Source: a virus
Taxonomy: Duplodnaviria > Heunggongvirae > Uroviricota > Caudoviricetes
IMG/VR virus record: IMGVR_UViG_3300006217_000002
DNA length: 64,000 nucleotides
Direction: 5' to 3' (one strand)
A program made the translations under genes and the position numbers. Positions 9,781 through 19,711 of the stretch are shown piece by piece. Positions within the stretch are counted from its first letter, which is position 1, and each line of letters opens with the position of its first letter. The notes under the pieces are model-generated. The model was not told the origin of the DNA. It was given only the letters and a program-made list of their open reading frames with translations, and did not search any database.

Positions 9781-11631
9781 ATGATAAAAGGCAAAAACCC
9801 TAACTTACTGAATGTTACGTATATAAGACCTGATAAGAAACGTAATCAGCAAGAATGCTTTCAGGTAATATATAAGACTGAAGATGGGGAAGTTCATTAT
9901 TCAGATGAACCGCCTAATGCGGATATATATATCGTAAAGCCGGAGTATAGAAATTATAATTACAATAAACCTCAAGAGAGAATAGAGCACATGGATAAAA
10001 TAACTGTGCCAATTTCTCAAATTAGAAGAGCTATTGCAGATGCTGCTGGTGAATGGGGAGAGATGGTCGTTAAAAGAGCAGAGCAACAACATAATTTCAG
10101 AATGCTCAATGAGTTATATAAATGGCCATACTGTTATGGATGTGATTTTCAGCCAGAGTATTATTATTACAGAAACTGGTATGAGAAATATAAATTAGGA
10201 ACTCCAAAACTTACGAAGGCATTTCTCGATATCGAGACTGATATGATGGATTATATAGTTGATATGTCTGATATTCCTAATTCAGCATTCTCTCCAGTTA
10301 ACTTGATAACTGTAATTCTTGAGGATACGAGTGATGTATATACATTCGTATTGAAACCATATGAACCACATAGACTTGGTCGTGATGATATAGATTATGC
10401 CAAAAGGTATAAATATTACGAGAAACAAAAAGCTGCTCATGAAAAGATGATGAGCAACATAAGCGGAATGTATAATACACTTCATAAGGAATTCGATGAA
10501 GTGTATGGAGAATTAAATTATCATATCCGTGATTATGATAAAGAGATAGATTTAATTGCAGATGTGTTTAGGTTATTAAATACTAGAAAGCCTAACTATT
10601 GTATGATGTGGAATATGAGATTCGATATTCAATACTTATTCCATAGAATTAAAGCTCTTGGATATGATCCTGCATCCGTGATGTGCCATTGGGATTTTAA
10701 AAATCCTAGATGTAGTTTTAGAGAAGATCGCTCAACATATTTGTTAGAGAAGCAGTTTGACTTCTTCTACTGTTCCTCTTATACTCAGTATATTTGTCAG
10801 ATGCGTTTATATGCATCTATAAGGAAATCGCAACACAAACTTAGATCTGTATCCTTGAATGCCATCGGTGACAGGGAACTCCATGATAGAAAAGTTGAAT
10901 ATCCTGAAGAAACAAATATCATTACATTCCCATATGAAGATTGGATAAGATTCATTATATATAATATCAAAGACGTTTTACTTCAGAAAGGAATCGAACG
11001 AAAGACTTCTGATGTAATGACTTACTATACACGATCTCAAACTAATGTGACTCCATATAATAAAATATTTAGGGAGACACATCTACTTCGAAACGTACGT
11101 GAAAAGTATTTTGAGATTGATGGATGGGTCCAAGGTAATAACCTAAACATCTTAGGCGATTATATGGATGAATCTGAAAAGAGATTCTATGGTGAAGAAG
11201 ATGATGACGATGATGAGAGTGAAGCAACATTTAAGGGAGCTATTAATGCTGAACCTCTTATGAATGATTATGTGGGAGAGCCAGTATTAGGAATTCCTTC
11301 AAATAACGTGTTTGCTAACTCTATGGACTATGACATGGGAGCATTCTACCCATCAATTAAAATAGCTTCCAATATGGATCCTGGAACCCTTCTGTATAAA
11401 GGATCATTTATTAACGAAGAATTCATTTCAGGAGAATATCTCAACCGATCCCTGAACGATAAGTATGAGGAGAAAGATAAGAACGGTAATATCAGACAGC
11501 TGGATATAACTGGAGAGGCAGTGAATACCTATGTGTCTCATAACATGCTGACATTTGGGTTTAATTATTTTGGATTGCCAGACATACCAGACATGTATTC
11601 AGAGGTAATGAGTCGTTTAGCAATTTCCTAA
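9781..11631 (+). CDS. Family B DNA polymerase, N-terminal fragment. It holds the 3'-5' exonuclease domain and palm motif A. The six-frame track starts it at 9763.
   Basis: Exo I FLDIETD (~10219). Exo II WNMRFDIQYLFHRIK. Exo III YNIKDV. Motif A DYDMGAFYPSI (~11330-11355). The ORF ends before motif B and is followed by a terminator. Confidence 0.8.
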   Translation: MIKGKNPNLLNVTYIRPDKKRNQQECFQVIYKTEDGEVHYSDEPPNADIYIVKPEYRNYNYNKPQERIEHMDKITVPISQIRRAIADAAGEWGEMVVKRAEQQHNFRMLNELYKWPYCYGCDFQPEYYYYRNWYEKYKLGTPKLTKAFLDIETDMMDYIVDMSDIPNSAFSPVNLITVILEDTSDVYTFVLKPYEPHRLGRDDIDYAKRYKYYEKQKAAHEKMMSNISGMYNTLHKEFDEVYGELNYHIRDYDKEIDLIADVFRLLNTRKPNYCMMWNMRFDIQYLFHRIKALGYDPASVMCHWDFKNPRCSFREDRSTYLLEKQFDFFYCSSYTQYICQMRLYASIRKSQHKLRSVSLNAIGDRELHDRKVEYPEETNIITFPYEDWIRFIIYNIKDVLLQKGIERKTSDVMTYYTRSQTNVTPYNKIFRETHLLRNVREKYFEIDGWVQGNNLNILGDYMDESEKRFYGEEDDDDDESEATFKGAINAEPLMNDYVGEPVLGIPSNNVFANSMDYDMGAFYPSIKIASNMDPGTLLYKGSFINEEFISGEYLNRSLNDKYEEKDKNGNIRQLDITGEAVNTYVSHNMLTFGFNYFGLPDIPDMYSEVMSRLAIS

Positions 11632-11632
11632 A

Positions 11633-11666
11633 GTAAGGAGGGAGATAATCCCTCCTTACTTTTTTG
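11633..11666 (+). terminator. Intrinsic terminator
   Basis: gtaaggagggagataatccctccttac plus tttttt. Confidence 0.65.
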
Positions 11667-11835
11667 CACTAATACCCACAAGAGAATTAATCGGAACTGC
11701 TCTATCTTAAATATAAAATAAATTATATATTCTTATTAAGTCATAAACTAAAGAGTATACACTCGTAAGAATATGTGAATTTTAACATCAAGATAGAGTG
11801 TATATTTAAAAATAAAGAAAGGAGTTGTTTAAAGT

Positions 11836-14307
11836 ATGGCAAAATATACTGATGATATATTTGATCATTTGAAGTCAGATATACAAAAGATCAGAGTACG
11901 TCATCGCCAGTACATTTCTTACTCAAATGAAGCTGGAGCTAAATCAGTTGTATTCGAAATTCTATACAATGCAGTTGATGAATGTAAAACACCTAAATCT
12001 CCTGCTAACTCGATTCATATTATAATGGATGACAGAGATGGATTCATAACTGTGGAGGATAATGGTAGAGGTATCCCCACTAGTATATTGGAAGAAGTGT
12101 ATACTAGCTTAAACATGGGATCTAATATTAATACCTCCAATAAAGCTAAAGATAAGGTTGAGATTCTTGGACAGAATGGAACTGGTACATTAGCTATTTG
12201 CGGGTTAGCAGAGAGAGTTGAAATTACTTCATATAGAGGCGGTACAGAAAACGTATTCAAAACATTGGTGTTTGAAGAAGGAATTAAAGTAGACGAGATC
12301 GATGGTAAATGTGATCCTAATAAACATGGGATGTGGATCAAATATAAACCATCTAAAGTCATGGGGAAACAAACGAAAATTGTCTGGGAACAGATAAGAT
12401 CTGAACTCCTTAATCTACAATATTTGAATAAGAAGAAGATTAATATCGATTCTGTTTATTATAACAGGAATGGAGAGAAGACTGTAGAGAAATATAAGCA
12501 GGCTCCATTTGAAGATATCTTAACGAGAAATAATAAAGAAGATATCATCAGTAGTAAAATTTGTATCACAATTGATGCAGATGATATTATTGAAGAACTT
12601 GATGGAGAAGATGTTAAGAGATTTTTAAGCATGGATCTTGCGTTTGTTTATACATCTTCACTTAATCCTTATATCGATTCTTTCTCTAACTCTAATAATA
12701 CCGTTGATAATGGTGATCATCTTGATGGAGCTATTGAGGCTTTATGCAGATTCTTACAGTCACAGACTAAGGCAAGTCTTGGAGATAAAGAGAAAGATAG
12801 ATTAGATATCAAATGGGATGATGTGAAGAGTGGATTGTCTGTAGCTGTTGCTCTTAGAACTAACTTCGAAAGAATCTATACAGGGCAGACTAAACACAAA
12901 GTTGTATCAAATGAACTTAAGAGAATTATTGTATCTCTTTATGCGGATGCATTGCAGAATTATTTCAATAAAAATCCTGGTCAGTTAAAAGACCTGATTA
13001 ATATTGTTAAGATGAATGCAAGAGCTAGAAGAGAAGGAGATAAAGTAAAGACAGCGGTTGTTAAAGGAACTCTAAGTAACTGGTCTTCTTACAAGATGAA
13101 AAATTATGATCCTTGTACTAATAAGGGATTGAAGGAGTATAAGGAATTATTCATCATTGAGGGAGATTCTGCAAAGGGTTCTTTGAAACAAGCCAGGGAT
13201 CCAAAGTATCAAGCTCTATTTGCTATTAGGGGAGTATCTGCTAATGTGTTTAAAATGACACTTGATCAAGTAGTAGGACCTAAGGGAAACAAAGAGTTTA
13301 CTGATCTCATTACAGTAATGGGATGTAATGCTGGAGTTAAGTTTGATATTAATAAGCTTCAGTTTAACAAGATCATTATAGCATCTGATGCTGATATTGA
13401 TGGATATTTCATCAGGAGCTTATTAATGGCATTCTACTTTAAACTATTCCCTGAGATCATTAGAGATGGCCGTCTTTATATAGCTGAGCCTCCTTTGTAT
13501 CGGATTGATGATAAGAAAGATCCATTCGTAATCAATAAAGAAGATTACATCAATCGATATGTGAAATCTGCATCTAAAGACTATAAAGTTGGCTATCAGT
13601 CTAAAGACGATGAAGTTAATATAAGATATCTTGGCAAGAGTGAGTTAGCGGATTTCCTTAGTCAGAGCAGCTCATATACTGATGACATGAAGATGCTTGT
13701 TGATCATTATAAAGTATCAGATAGATTACTGGAGATCATCCTTGAAGAAATTGTAATGAACGGATTTGATCCAGATCATCCTAACATCTCTAGTATGATT
13801 AAAAATATCAACATTCAGCATCTAATGAATCGTATTGGAGAAGAATTTCCTGAGCTGTATTTTGACGATAAGGATAAACTTATTAAGGGAGCTCTTGATG
13901 GTAAATATCAACTTATTGAGATCTCAGAACAGTTAATCCGTAAATCAGTTCCACTGCTTGTAGTAATGAGGCAGTGGTTACCGGCAGAAGATACTAACTT
14001 AGTATTGAAAGATAATAAAACAGGAACAGAACACAAATTATCATTACTTGGATTATTGAAAATTCTGAAAAAGTATCAGCCAAATATTCTTCATAGATTT
14101 AAAGGTCTTGGTGAGAATGACGACGATGACATTAAGACAACGATTATGGATCCAAATACTAGAACTCTTATCAGAGTAAATATATCTGATATTGAAAATG
14201 ATATGAAAGTATTTCAAGTTCTAAGGGGTGGATCTCCTGCTGATGCGTTAGCTCGTAAAGAGATGATGAAGAATTACAAGATTCCAAGAGATATGATAGA
14301 CACCTAA
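11836..14307 (+). CDS. Type IIA DNA topoisomerase ATPase + Toprim subunit (GyrB / T4 gp39-like)
   Basis: GHKL motif VEDNGRGIP (~12053). Toprim EGDSAKG (~13160) and IIASDADIDG (~13384). Confidence 0.8.
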   Translation: MAKYTDDIFDHLKSDIQKIRVRHRQYISYSNEAGAKSVVFEILYNAVDECKTPKSPANSIHIIMDDRDGFITVEDNGRGIPTSILEEVYTSLNMGSNINTSNKAKDKVEILGQNGTGTLAICGLAERVEITSYRGGTENVFKTLVFEEGIKVDEIDGKCDPNKHGMWIKYKPSKVMGKQTKIVWEQIRSELLNLQYLNKKKINIDSVYYNRNGEKTVEKYKQAPFEDILTRNNKEDIISSKICITIDADDIIEELDGEDVKRFLSMDLAFVYTSSLNPYIDSFSNSNNTVDNGDHLDGAIEALCRFLQSQTKASLGDKEKDRLDIKWDDVKSGLSVAVALRTNFERIYTGQTKHKVVSNELKRIIVSLYADALQNYFNKNPGQLKDLINIVKMNARARREGDKVKTAVVKGTLSNWSSYKMKNYDPCTNKGLKEYKELFIIEGDSAKGSLKQARDPKYQALFAIRGVSANVFKMTLDQVVGPKGNKEFTDLITVMGCNAGVKFDINKLQFNKIIIASDADIDGYFIRSLLMAFYFKLFPEIIRDGRLYIAEPPLYRIDDKKDPFVINKEDYINRYVKSASKDYKVGYQSKDDEVNIRYLGKSELADFLSQSSSYTDDMKMLVDHYKVSDRLLEIILEEIVMNGFDPDHPNISSMIKNINIQHLMNRIGEEFPELYFDDKDKLIKGALDGKYQLIEISEQLIRKSVPLLVVMRQWLPAEDTNLVLKDNKTGTEHKLSLLGLLKILKKYQPNILHRFKGLGENDDDDIKTTIMDPNTRTLIRVNISDIENDMKVFQVLRGGSPADALARKEMMKNYKIPRDMIDT

Positions 14308-14320
14308 TAAGGAGGGATAT

Positions 14321-14620
14321 ATGTCGTACGGAGGATATGGACATTCAAACAATGAAGGAAGTAGTTGGGTAACTATTATAGTTGGAATTATATTACTTCT
14401 ATTCTTAACATCTGCTACTAAATCCTGCAGTAGAAGTGAATCTCATATGATATATCTGAGTGAAGGATATTGCTATCATGAAGATACTCATATTATTTAC
14501 ATCGAAAGTGAAGTAGGCAGATATGGTGATAGAACATCATATGCTATCTATTATGATGAGAATGGTAAAGTCAACAAATATGATCCTGAGACAGGAGAAT
14601 GGATTCCAGTTGATCAATAA
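14321..14620 (+). CDS. Small protein with an N-terminal transmembrane helix
   Basis: RBS AAGGAGG. WVTIIVGIILLLFLTSA hydrophobic segment. Confidence 0.45.
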   Translation: MSYGGYGHSNNEGSSWVTIIVGIILLLFLTSATKSCSRSESHMIYLSEGYCYHEDTHIIYIESEVGRYGDRTSYAIYYDENGKVNKYDPETGEWIPVDQ

Positions 14621-14656
14621 GATTATATATTCTCTTATCACAAGGAGGTAAAGTAT

Positions 14657-14977
14657 ATGGTTGAATTTATTAAAAGTCCTTTGATAGTAATGGACGCCTG
14701 TAAATTTAATGGGAAATTTACTGATGGTATTACTGTAAAGGAGGCAGTAGAGGAATGTATTGAAAATTCCCCGTCAGAAAATGGTAGCATCAGGCTAGTC
14801 AATTCTAATCCTAAAGGATTGGATTATCAATTTGACTTTAATGAAAAGAATCTCGAAAATAAGTATCATGAATATGAAGATACTATTGGAAATTATAAGG
14901 TGCTATCTATAGAAGCAACTCAATACTACATGTCAATGACATTTCATGTTACGATAATATTTAAGGAGGTAAACTAG
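14657..14977 (+). CDS. Hypothetical protein
   Basis: ORF with AAGGAGG RBS. Confidence 0.45.
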   Translation: MVEFIKSPLIVMDACKFNGKFTDGITVKEAVEECIENSPSENGSIRLVNSNPKGLDYQFDFNEKNLENKYHEYEDTIGNYKVLSIEATQYYMSMTFHVTIIFKEVN

Positions 14978-14978
14978 T

Positions 14979-15761
14979 ATGCCAAGAAAACCTAAGGAAG
15001 TAGAACAGGAGATCGATGTTAATGAAAAGAAGAAACCGGAGACATACGTAACAAGGTGGTTTAAAGAGCATTGTGTTGATAATGTTCGTGAAATTAAGAT
15101 CATCTCCGATTTGACTGCTCGATCTGCAGAAGAACAATTCTCACTCTATATTAGATCTGGGAATAATGAAGTGTTTGCTGTTATATTCTATGCAACCATG
15201 ATGATTATTCTGGAATTCCTGAAGAGCAAAGAGAAGTCTTACAACGAGCTTACAATCGAGATTTGTAATTCTATCAACATCGGTTATTGTAATAACGATA
15301 GCGAGGAGAATGAAAAGGTTGGTAACTTTATGCCTATCCTTGAGTACATTGGTATCAACAGAAACATTGTGAATGATGGATCCGTTCTTGATGCCGATAA
15401 GACTAAACAGAATTACATCCGCTGGAAAGAACTCAACATCAAAAAGAATGTTGAGTATTATAAGGAAATTCAGGAAAAGGCTTATGAGAGGCTGAAGACA
15501 GAGTTTAAGACCAATCTTAGAACATCAGAGGCTGTGATTCCATTATTCTGTATATTCATGGATCATATCTCCAATGTTCTTAAGATGAAATTCAAAGAGG
15601 CTGAAGGAACTGATGTCTCTGAAGTATTCATGGAAGTATTAGGTTTGTTCAAGGTCTTTTATTCATATGACGAGGAAGAAGATCAGGAGATTATTGAATT
15701 CGAGCCTAACATCACGATGAAGCTTGCTCTTAAGGAAGACGGAATCGCCAGCAGAGAATAA
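14979..15761 (+). CDS. Hypothetical protein (260 aa)
   Basis: ORF with AAGGAGG RBS. Confidence 0.5.
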   Translation: MPRKPKEVEQEIDVNEKKKPETYVTRWFKEHCVDNVREIKIISDLTARSAEEQFSLYIRSGNNEVFAVIFYATMMIILEFLKSKEKSYNELTIEICNSINIGYCNNDSEENEKVGNFMPILEYIGINRNIVNDGSVLDADKTKQNYIRWKELNIKKNVEYYKEIQEKAYERLKTEFKTNLRTSEAVIPLFCIFMDHISNVLKMKFKEAEGTDVSEVFMEVLGLFKVFYSYDEEEDQEIIEFEPNITMKLALKEDGIASRE

Positions 15762-15782
15762 AACATATATAATATTGAATAA

Positions 15783-15817
15783 GAAAGGAGGGATTATCTC
15801 CCTCCTTTCTTTTTTTA
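15783..15817. terminator. Bidirectional intrinsic terminator between convergent genes
   Basis: gaaaggagggattatctccctcctttc plus a T-run. Confidence 0.65.
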
Positions 15818-16555
15818 TTACATAAATTGATCCCAATCCATATCAAGGTGAAATTTATCTCTCCAATCATTAAGAAGAGCATTTTTATCAGCTTCAGCTG
15901 ATTGATAGTCTTCAACTTTTAAACTGATTTGACCAAATGCTGTAGGAATTCCTTCATACAATTTCAAGTTATTATAGAGGAACGTTTTCATATCAAGCGT
16001 AGCTAATTCCATAAATGAATCATAGCAACTATCTTCAATTGTTTCTCCACTTGGATCATGTTCAGCTGCTACTTTAAATGTCAATATAGTCTTAGGATAT
16101 CCATATAATTTAATCTTGTTTTCCCCTAAATAATCAAATGTAGGTTCTGATCTCATTTGACCAGCAAGCATCATATATGCTTGACTCGTAATAACGCCTT
16201 GTACTGATCTGTTGATACCATATGCAGGAGCTACATCTCCAAAACTTCCTCTATTATTATACTGAGGAATTCTTACAGATATTACATATTTAATAGGAGT
16301 TATTGTTAAAAATGGATGTAACATATATATTGATTGCCTTTGATCAACTACTTTCATCTTTGACAAATCAGCATCATATTCTCTTATCCATGGAACAAAT
16401 TCCGAATATTCAGGAATAGTTATAGTTGTCAATACATCGTTAATAATTTTTTCAGTAGGTACAGGTTTATTTGTTACATCATCTTTGAATGGTAAAGTTA
16501 TACCATATAAACCAAGTCCCATTTTAAGGCTTGATATTACTTTGCTCATATTCAT
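15818..16555 (-). CDS. Hypothetical protein (245 aa)
   Basis: ORF. AAGGAGG 9 nt upstream on the minus strand. Confidence 0.5.
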   Translation of the reverse strand: MNMSKVISSLKMGLGLYGITLPFKDDVTNKPVPTEKIINDVLTTITIPEYSEFVPWIREYDADLSKMKVVDQRQSIYMLHPFLTITPIKYVISVRIPQYNNRGSFGDVAPAYGINRSVQGVITSQAYMMLAGQMRSEPTFDYLGENKIKLYGYPKTILTFKVAAEHDPSGETIEDSCYDSFMELATLDMKTFLYNNLKLYEGIPTAFGQISLKVEDYQSAEADKNALLNDWRDKFHLDMDWDQFM

Positions 16556-16652
16556 ATCTAGATCCTCCTTTAAAATCGTATATAAGATTATCCCAAAGAT
16601 ATATTATAAAGTTAGTGAACAAAAAGAAATTTCATCTAAGGAGGAATCAAGT

Positions 16653-16994
16653 ATGAAGATTGGAAATGTTATTGGCCCATTAACTGAACTTCAAAATACT
16701 GTTCATAATGCAAAGAATGATATATTTGAAAGTATTAAAGGTATTAATGCGACAGTTGCAATCACCGGACAGTTTCCCTATAATGTAGCAGAAGATCTTA
16801 ATCAAAGAATCAAGGCATACTGCGACAAATTAGAGAATCAATTAGAAGTACTTATCGAAGCCGGCAAAGAGGAGAAACTATATGAACTTCGAAATGTAGT
16901 TGTTAAAGAAGTATTGGTAACTAATCAATTTATCACATATGCTAAGTCAAGTGTTGACAAAATAAGTTCATGGTTAACTGAAAGGAGAGTATGA
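16653..16994 (+). CDS. Hypothetical protein. Start trimmed to the ATG with an RBS; the track lists 16485.
   Basis: taaggaggaatcaagtATG. Confidence 0.45.
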   Translation: MKIGNVIGPLTELQNTVHNAKNDIFESIKGINATVAITGQFPYNVAEDLNQRIKAYCDKLENQLEVLIEAGKEEKLYELRNVVVKEVLVTNQFITYAKSSVDKISSWLTERRV

Positions 16995-16995
16995 T

Positions 16996-17388
16996 ATGGA
17001 ACTTACAAGCAAAAATGTTCAGGAACTGTTTACAAAGTGTCTCTATAATAAGGAGATTAAAGAGGGCGAGACTCCTGAGGATGTTATATTAGTTGAAGGA
17101 ATTGTTCACAACTACGGTCTTGATAAAGCATCTGTAGAAAATGAAAAAGAAAACATTTCTTCAATGCTACATCAGCTTCCTAAAGAGTTTATGGAGGCAA
17201 CTGGGGGTGGGTATTCGTTCCTTGCCGCATGCAATAATGCAGATGGAGTGCAGTGGACAGGCATGCATCTTGTAATGGAAAGCCTGTTTGTACTTGGTAT
17301 GGCGGCTGGAATTGTAAAATGTTTACTGCCACGTGATTTCTGGCCAATGCTTCCTGGATCAGTTCCATACTATGTAGTCACAGATTAA
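16996..17388 (+). CDS. Hypothetical protein
   Basis: ORF. RBS gaaaggag. Confidence 0.45.
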   Translation: MELTSKNVQELFTKCLYNKEIKEGETPEDVILVEGIVHNYGLDKASVENEKENISSMLHQLPKEFMEATGGGYSFLAACNNADGVQWTGMHLVMESLFVLGMAAGIVKCLLPRDFWPMLPGSVPYYVVTD

Positions 17389-17408
17389 AGAAAGAGGGAG
17401 AAGTGAAA

Positions 17409-17798
17409 ATGAAGAAACCAAATAAAGCGATAGAAGTTAAAATCATCAAATCGAAATCTTTCGATGAATATTCAAGTGTGAAATATGATGACAGAGTTCT
17501 GCGGTGGATGGAATTCAAGATGAGGCTGCGCTATAATGAACGGAGGCTATCCCGTTATAAGCTAACAGCTAATGAGATGGAGGTTATCAAGGCTAATTTA
17601 CAAATGATAAAAACTTCCAGTCTTGATCTTGATGTAAATGGATATGAATTTCATATGATTAAAACAATCTATGAAGACATCAAGATGTATTCAGTTCCTA
17701 CTACCGGATATAACAAGAGAGCTATTATTGCCGTTATTAATTTCATTCGTAAAATATGGATTACGAAATATCCTGAATACGTAATCAGAAAGGATTAG
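17409..17798 (+). CDS. Hypothetical protein
   Basis: ORF. gagggagaagtgaaaATG. Confidence 0.45.
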   Translation: MKKPNKAIEVKIIKSKSFDEYSSVKYDDRVLRWMEFKMRLRYNERRLSRYKLTANEMEVIKANLQMIKTSSLDLDVNGYEFHMIKTIYEDIKMYSVPTTGYNKRAIIAVINFIRKIWITKYPEYVIRKD

Positions 17799-18020
17799 AT
17801 ATGGAAAAAGAACACAAATATCAAATGAGCGTATGTTGCTGAGGAGGAACTAGAGAAACATTCGTTATTTCTGCAGCGAATAAACAAGACGCACTTAATA
17901 AAGGTAGATTATACGTTCTTCAGAATCCAAAATATACAAATCAGAAATATGATACAAATGATATCAGATGTGAAAAGAAGCTTAAGAAATGATATACTAA
18001 AATAAGGAGGTCTAGAATTT

Positions 18021-18284
18021 ATGAAACTTGGAATGTATACAAAAGTGGTTAAGTTTTATCCATACAGAACAGCAAGAATGGTACATGATCAGATGTTTTT
18101 AAGACTGGATCGTCACTCTGAAGAGATGCGGGAATTGGAACAGTATCTCAGCAGTAAACTCAATGTTACTGCAGATAACCATACTGCATATAAATTGGAA
18201 AAGAAAGACGGTGGAGAACTTTACATCCAGTTTACAGATTCAGAAGTGAACTTTGGATCCGGCATTATCGAAGAAAGATGGTAA
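18021..18284 (+). CDS. Hypothetical small protein
   Basis: RBS AAGGAGG. Confidence 0.45.
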   Translation: MKLGMYTKVVKFYPYRTARMVHDQMFLRLDRHSEEMRELEQYLSSKLNVTADNHTAYKLEKKDGGELYIQFTDSEVNFGSGIIEERW

Positions 18285-18290
18285 TAACAT

Positions 18291-18321
18291 TAATGGAGGT
18301 CCTTTGATTGGACCTCCATTA
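18291..18321. terminator. Bidirectional terminator hairpin
   Basis: aatggaggtcctttgattggacctccatt. Confidence 0.6.
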
Positions 18322-18330
18322 ACATTCTGA

Positions 18331-18882
18331 TTATGCAAATACGTGTTTTTCTTTTTTATGTTTTCCAAATAATTTTTGAGCAGAGTTATATCCAGATGCC
18401 CATAAAATACGATCCATATCATTCGTAAATGATTCATCTAAACGAGTCATGAATGAATCAACAAAATCATTTACATCTGAAACGGCTTCTGTTACAACTT
18501 CAGCATCACTCATGAATGATTTAATAGAATCTATTGTTTCAAGAATCGTATTAACTCCTTCCACATATGATTGAACGAATTGAGGAAGATCAATATATTT
18601 AACATTTGACTCTTTAAATAATTCATCAGAGATAAATTTGTCAACAGTTTCTCTGATAACTTCCTGTGGAGATGCATTTGGATTCTCCTTATTTTCAACC
18701 ATATACCCTGCATATCCTTTTAAATACTCATTGAACATTTCGAAACTTTCTTTTAGATTAGAGAGCTTCATAGTTGCACCGTTTAGAACCAATCCTTTTT
18801 CTCGAGATATTGTATCGATGCTTGTGATCATATCTCTATTATATCTTTCAGAAAAAGCTTTAATAGCAGAATCAATTTTCAT
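18331..18882 (-). CDS. Hypothetical protein. Start placed at the internal ATG that has an AAGGAG RBS; the track lists 18951.
   Basis: Reverse complement of 18883-18905 reads aagaaaggagatttcacaATG. Confidence 0.45.
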   Translation of the reverse strand: MKIDSAIKAFSERYNRDMITSIDTISREKGLVLNGATMKLSNLKESFEMFNEYLKGYAGYMVENKENPNASPQEVIRETVDKFISDELFKESNVKYIDLPQFVQSYVEGVNTILETIDSIKSFMSDAEVVTEAVSDVNDFVDSFMTRLDESFTNDMDRILWASGYNSAQKLFGKHKKEKHVFA

Positions 18883-18951
18883 TGTGAAATCTCCTTTCTT
18901 ATTATAAATTGCTTCATATAAAATTATATTCACGTTATCTAAAGAAATCAT

Positions 18952-19711
18952 ATATAGAATATCACGTATAAGAAAATCTAAATTATTTAAAATTAAAAGT
19001 TATTATTGGTACTACTATAGTAGTAATCGGCGAAAAAGAATATCCCTTATTTTCAATGATATATTATAAGAGTATAAGAATGGGGATAAACATACCCTTG
19101 AAAAGCTTTCTTTATTGAGACTCATACAGCAATCCAAACTATAAAACAGATTATGAATGTATGAAGAGAAGTACGCCTGGCGCAAGAGGCGCGGCATAAT
19201 AGCGGTGAATTTGTAACGCGCGATACAAAAGATCCGCTTGACGCAATTATGCTATATAGGCGTAACAAAGAATGACCGCCGGCGGCACCCGCTGGGTTGA
19301 AGACCGCGACGGTAAAAAGCGGAGCAAGTAGCTCAAAAGAATTCTGAGTCTCGTAAATATGATTATAGGTGCTTACAGCAATACACAAGTATTCTTTATG
19401 GGAAAAGGAATTATAGCATCTAGAATGATCTTATGACAATAATAGTTACGACTATTATTTAGACACAAACAGCAATATATCTTTCAAATGTATGAAAACA
19501 AAAATTGTGTCTAGTAAATAAAGAAAGCCGAGTAAAGATGTATTTTATCCCCTTCTTCTAAAGACCCGTACAGCAAATCAAAAAAAAATAAAAAGCCTGC
19601 AAATCTTTTTAAAAATTGGGTCTTGATACTATAGACATTTACAGCAACCAAAAAATCTTATATTAAAGAAGACAAAACAATGTCTAGAATATTTTAAGGA
19701 GGAAAAGAATT
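18952..19711. other. 760-bp noncoding region, the longest in the window. It holds a GC-rich structured island (~19160-19340, including the palindrome ccgccggcgg) and AT-rich flanks.
   Basis: No ORF with an RBS. Local GC is far above the genome background. Stops occur in all frames. Confidence 0.6.
19125..19647 (+). repeat. Five dispersed copies of (T)ACAGCAA at 19125, 19374, 19469, 19569 and 19640. Two copies have the extended form TAGACA-N3-ACAGCAA.
   Basis: Direct reading of the sequence. tagacacaaacagcaa at 19461-19475 and tagacatttacagcaa at 19632-19647. Confidence 0.6.

Noticed and set aside
19122-19388. Minus-strand 88-aa ORF in the GC-rich noncoding island
   Set aside because: No RBS. 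Arises because GC-rich sequence lacks stops. The region is more plausibly structured RNA or DNA.
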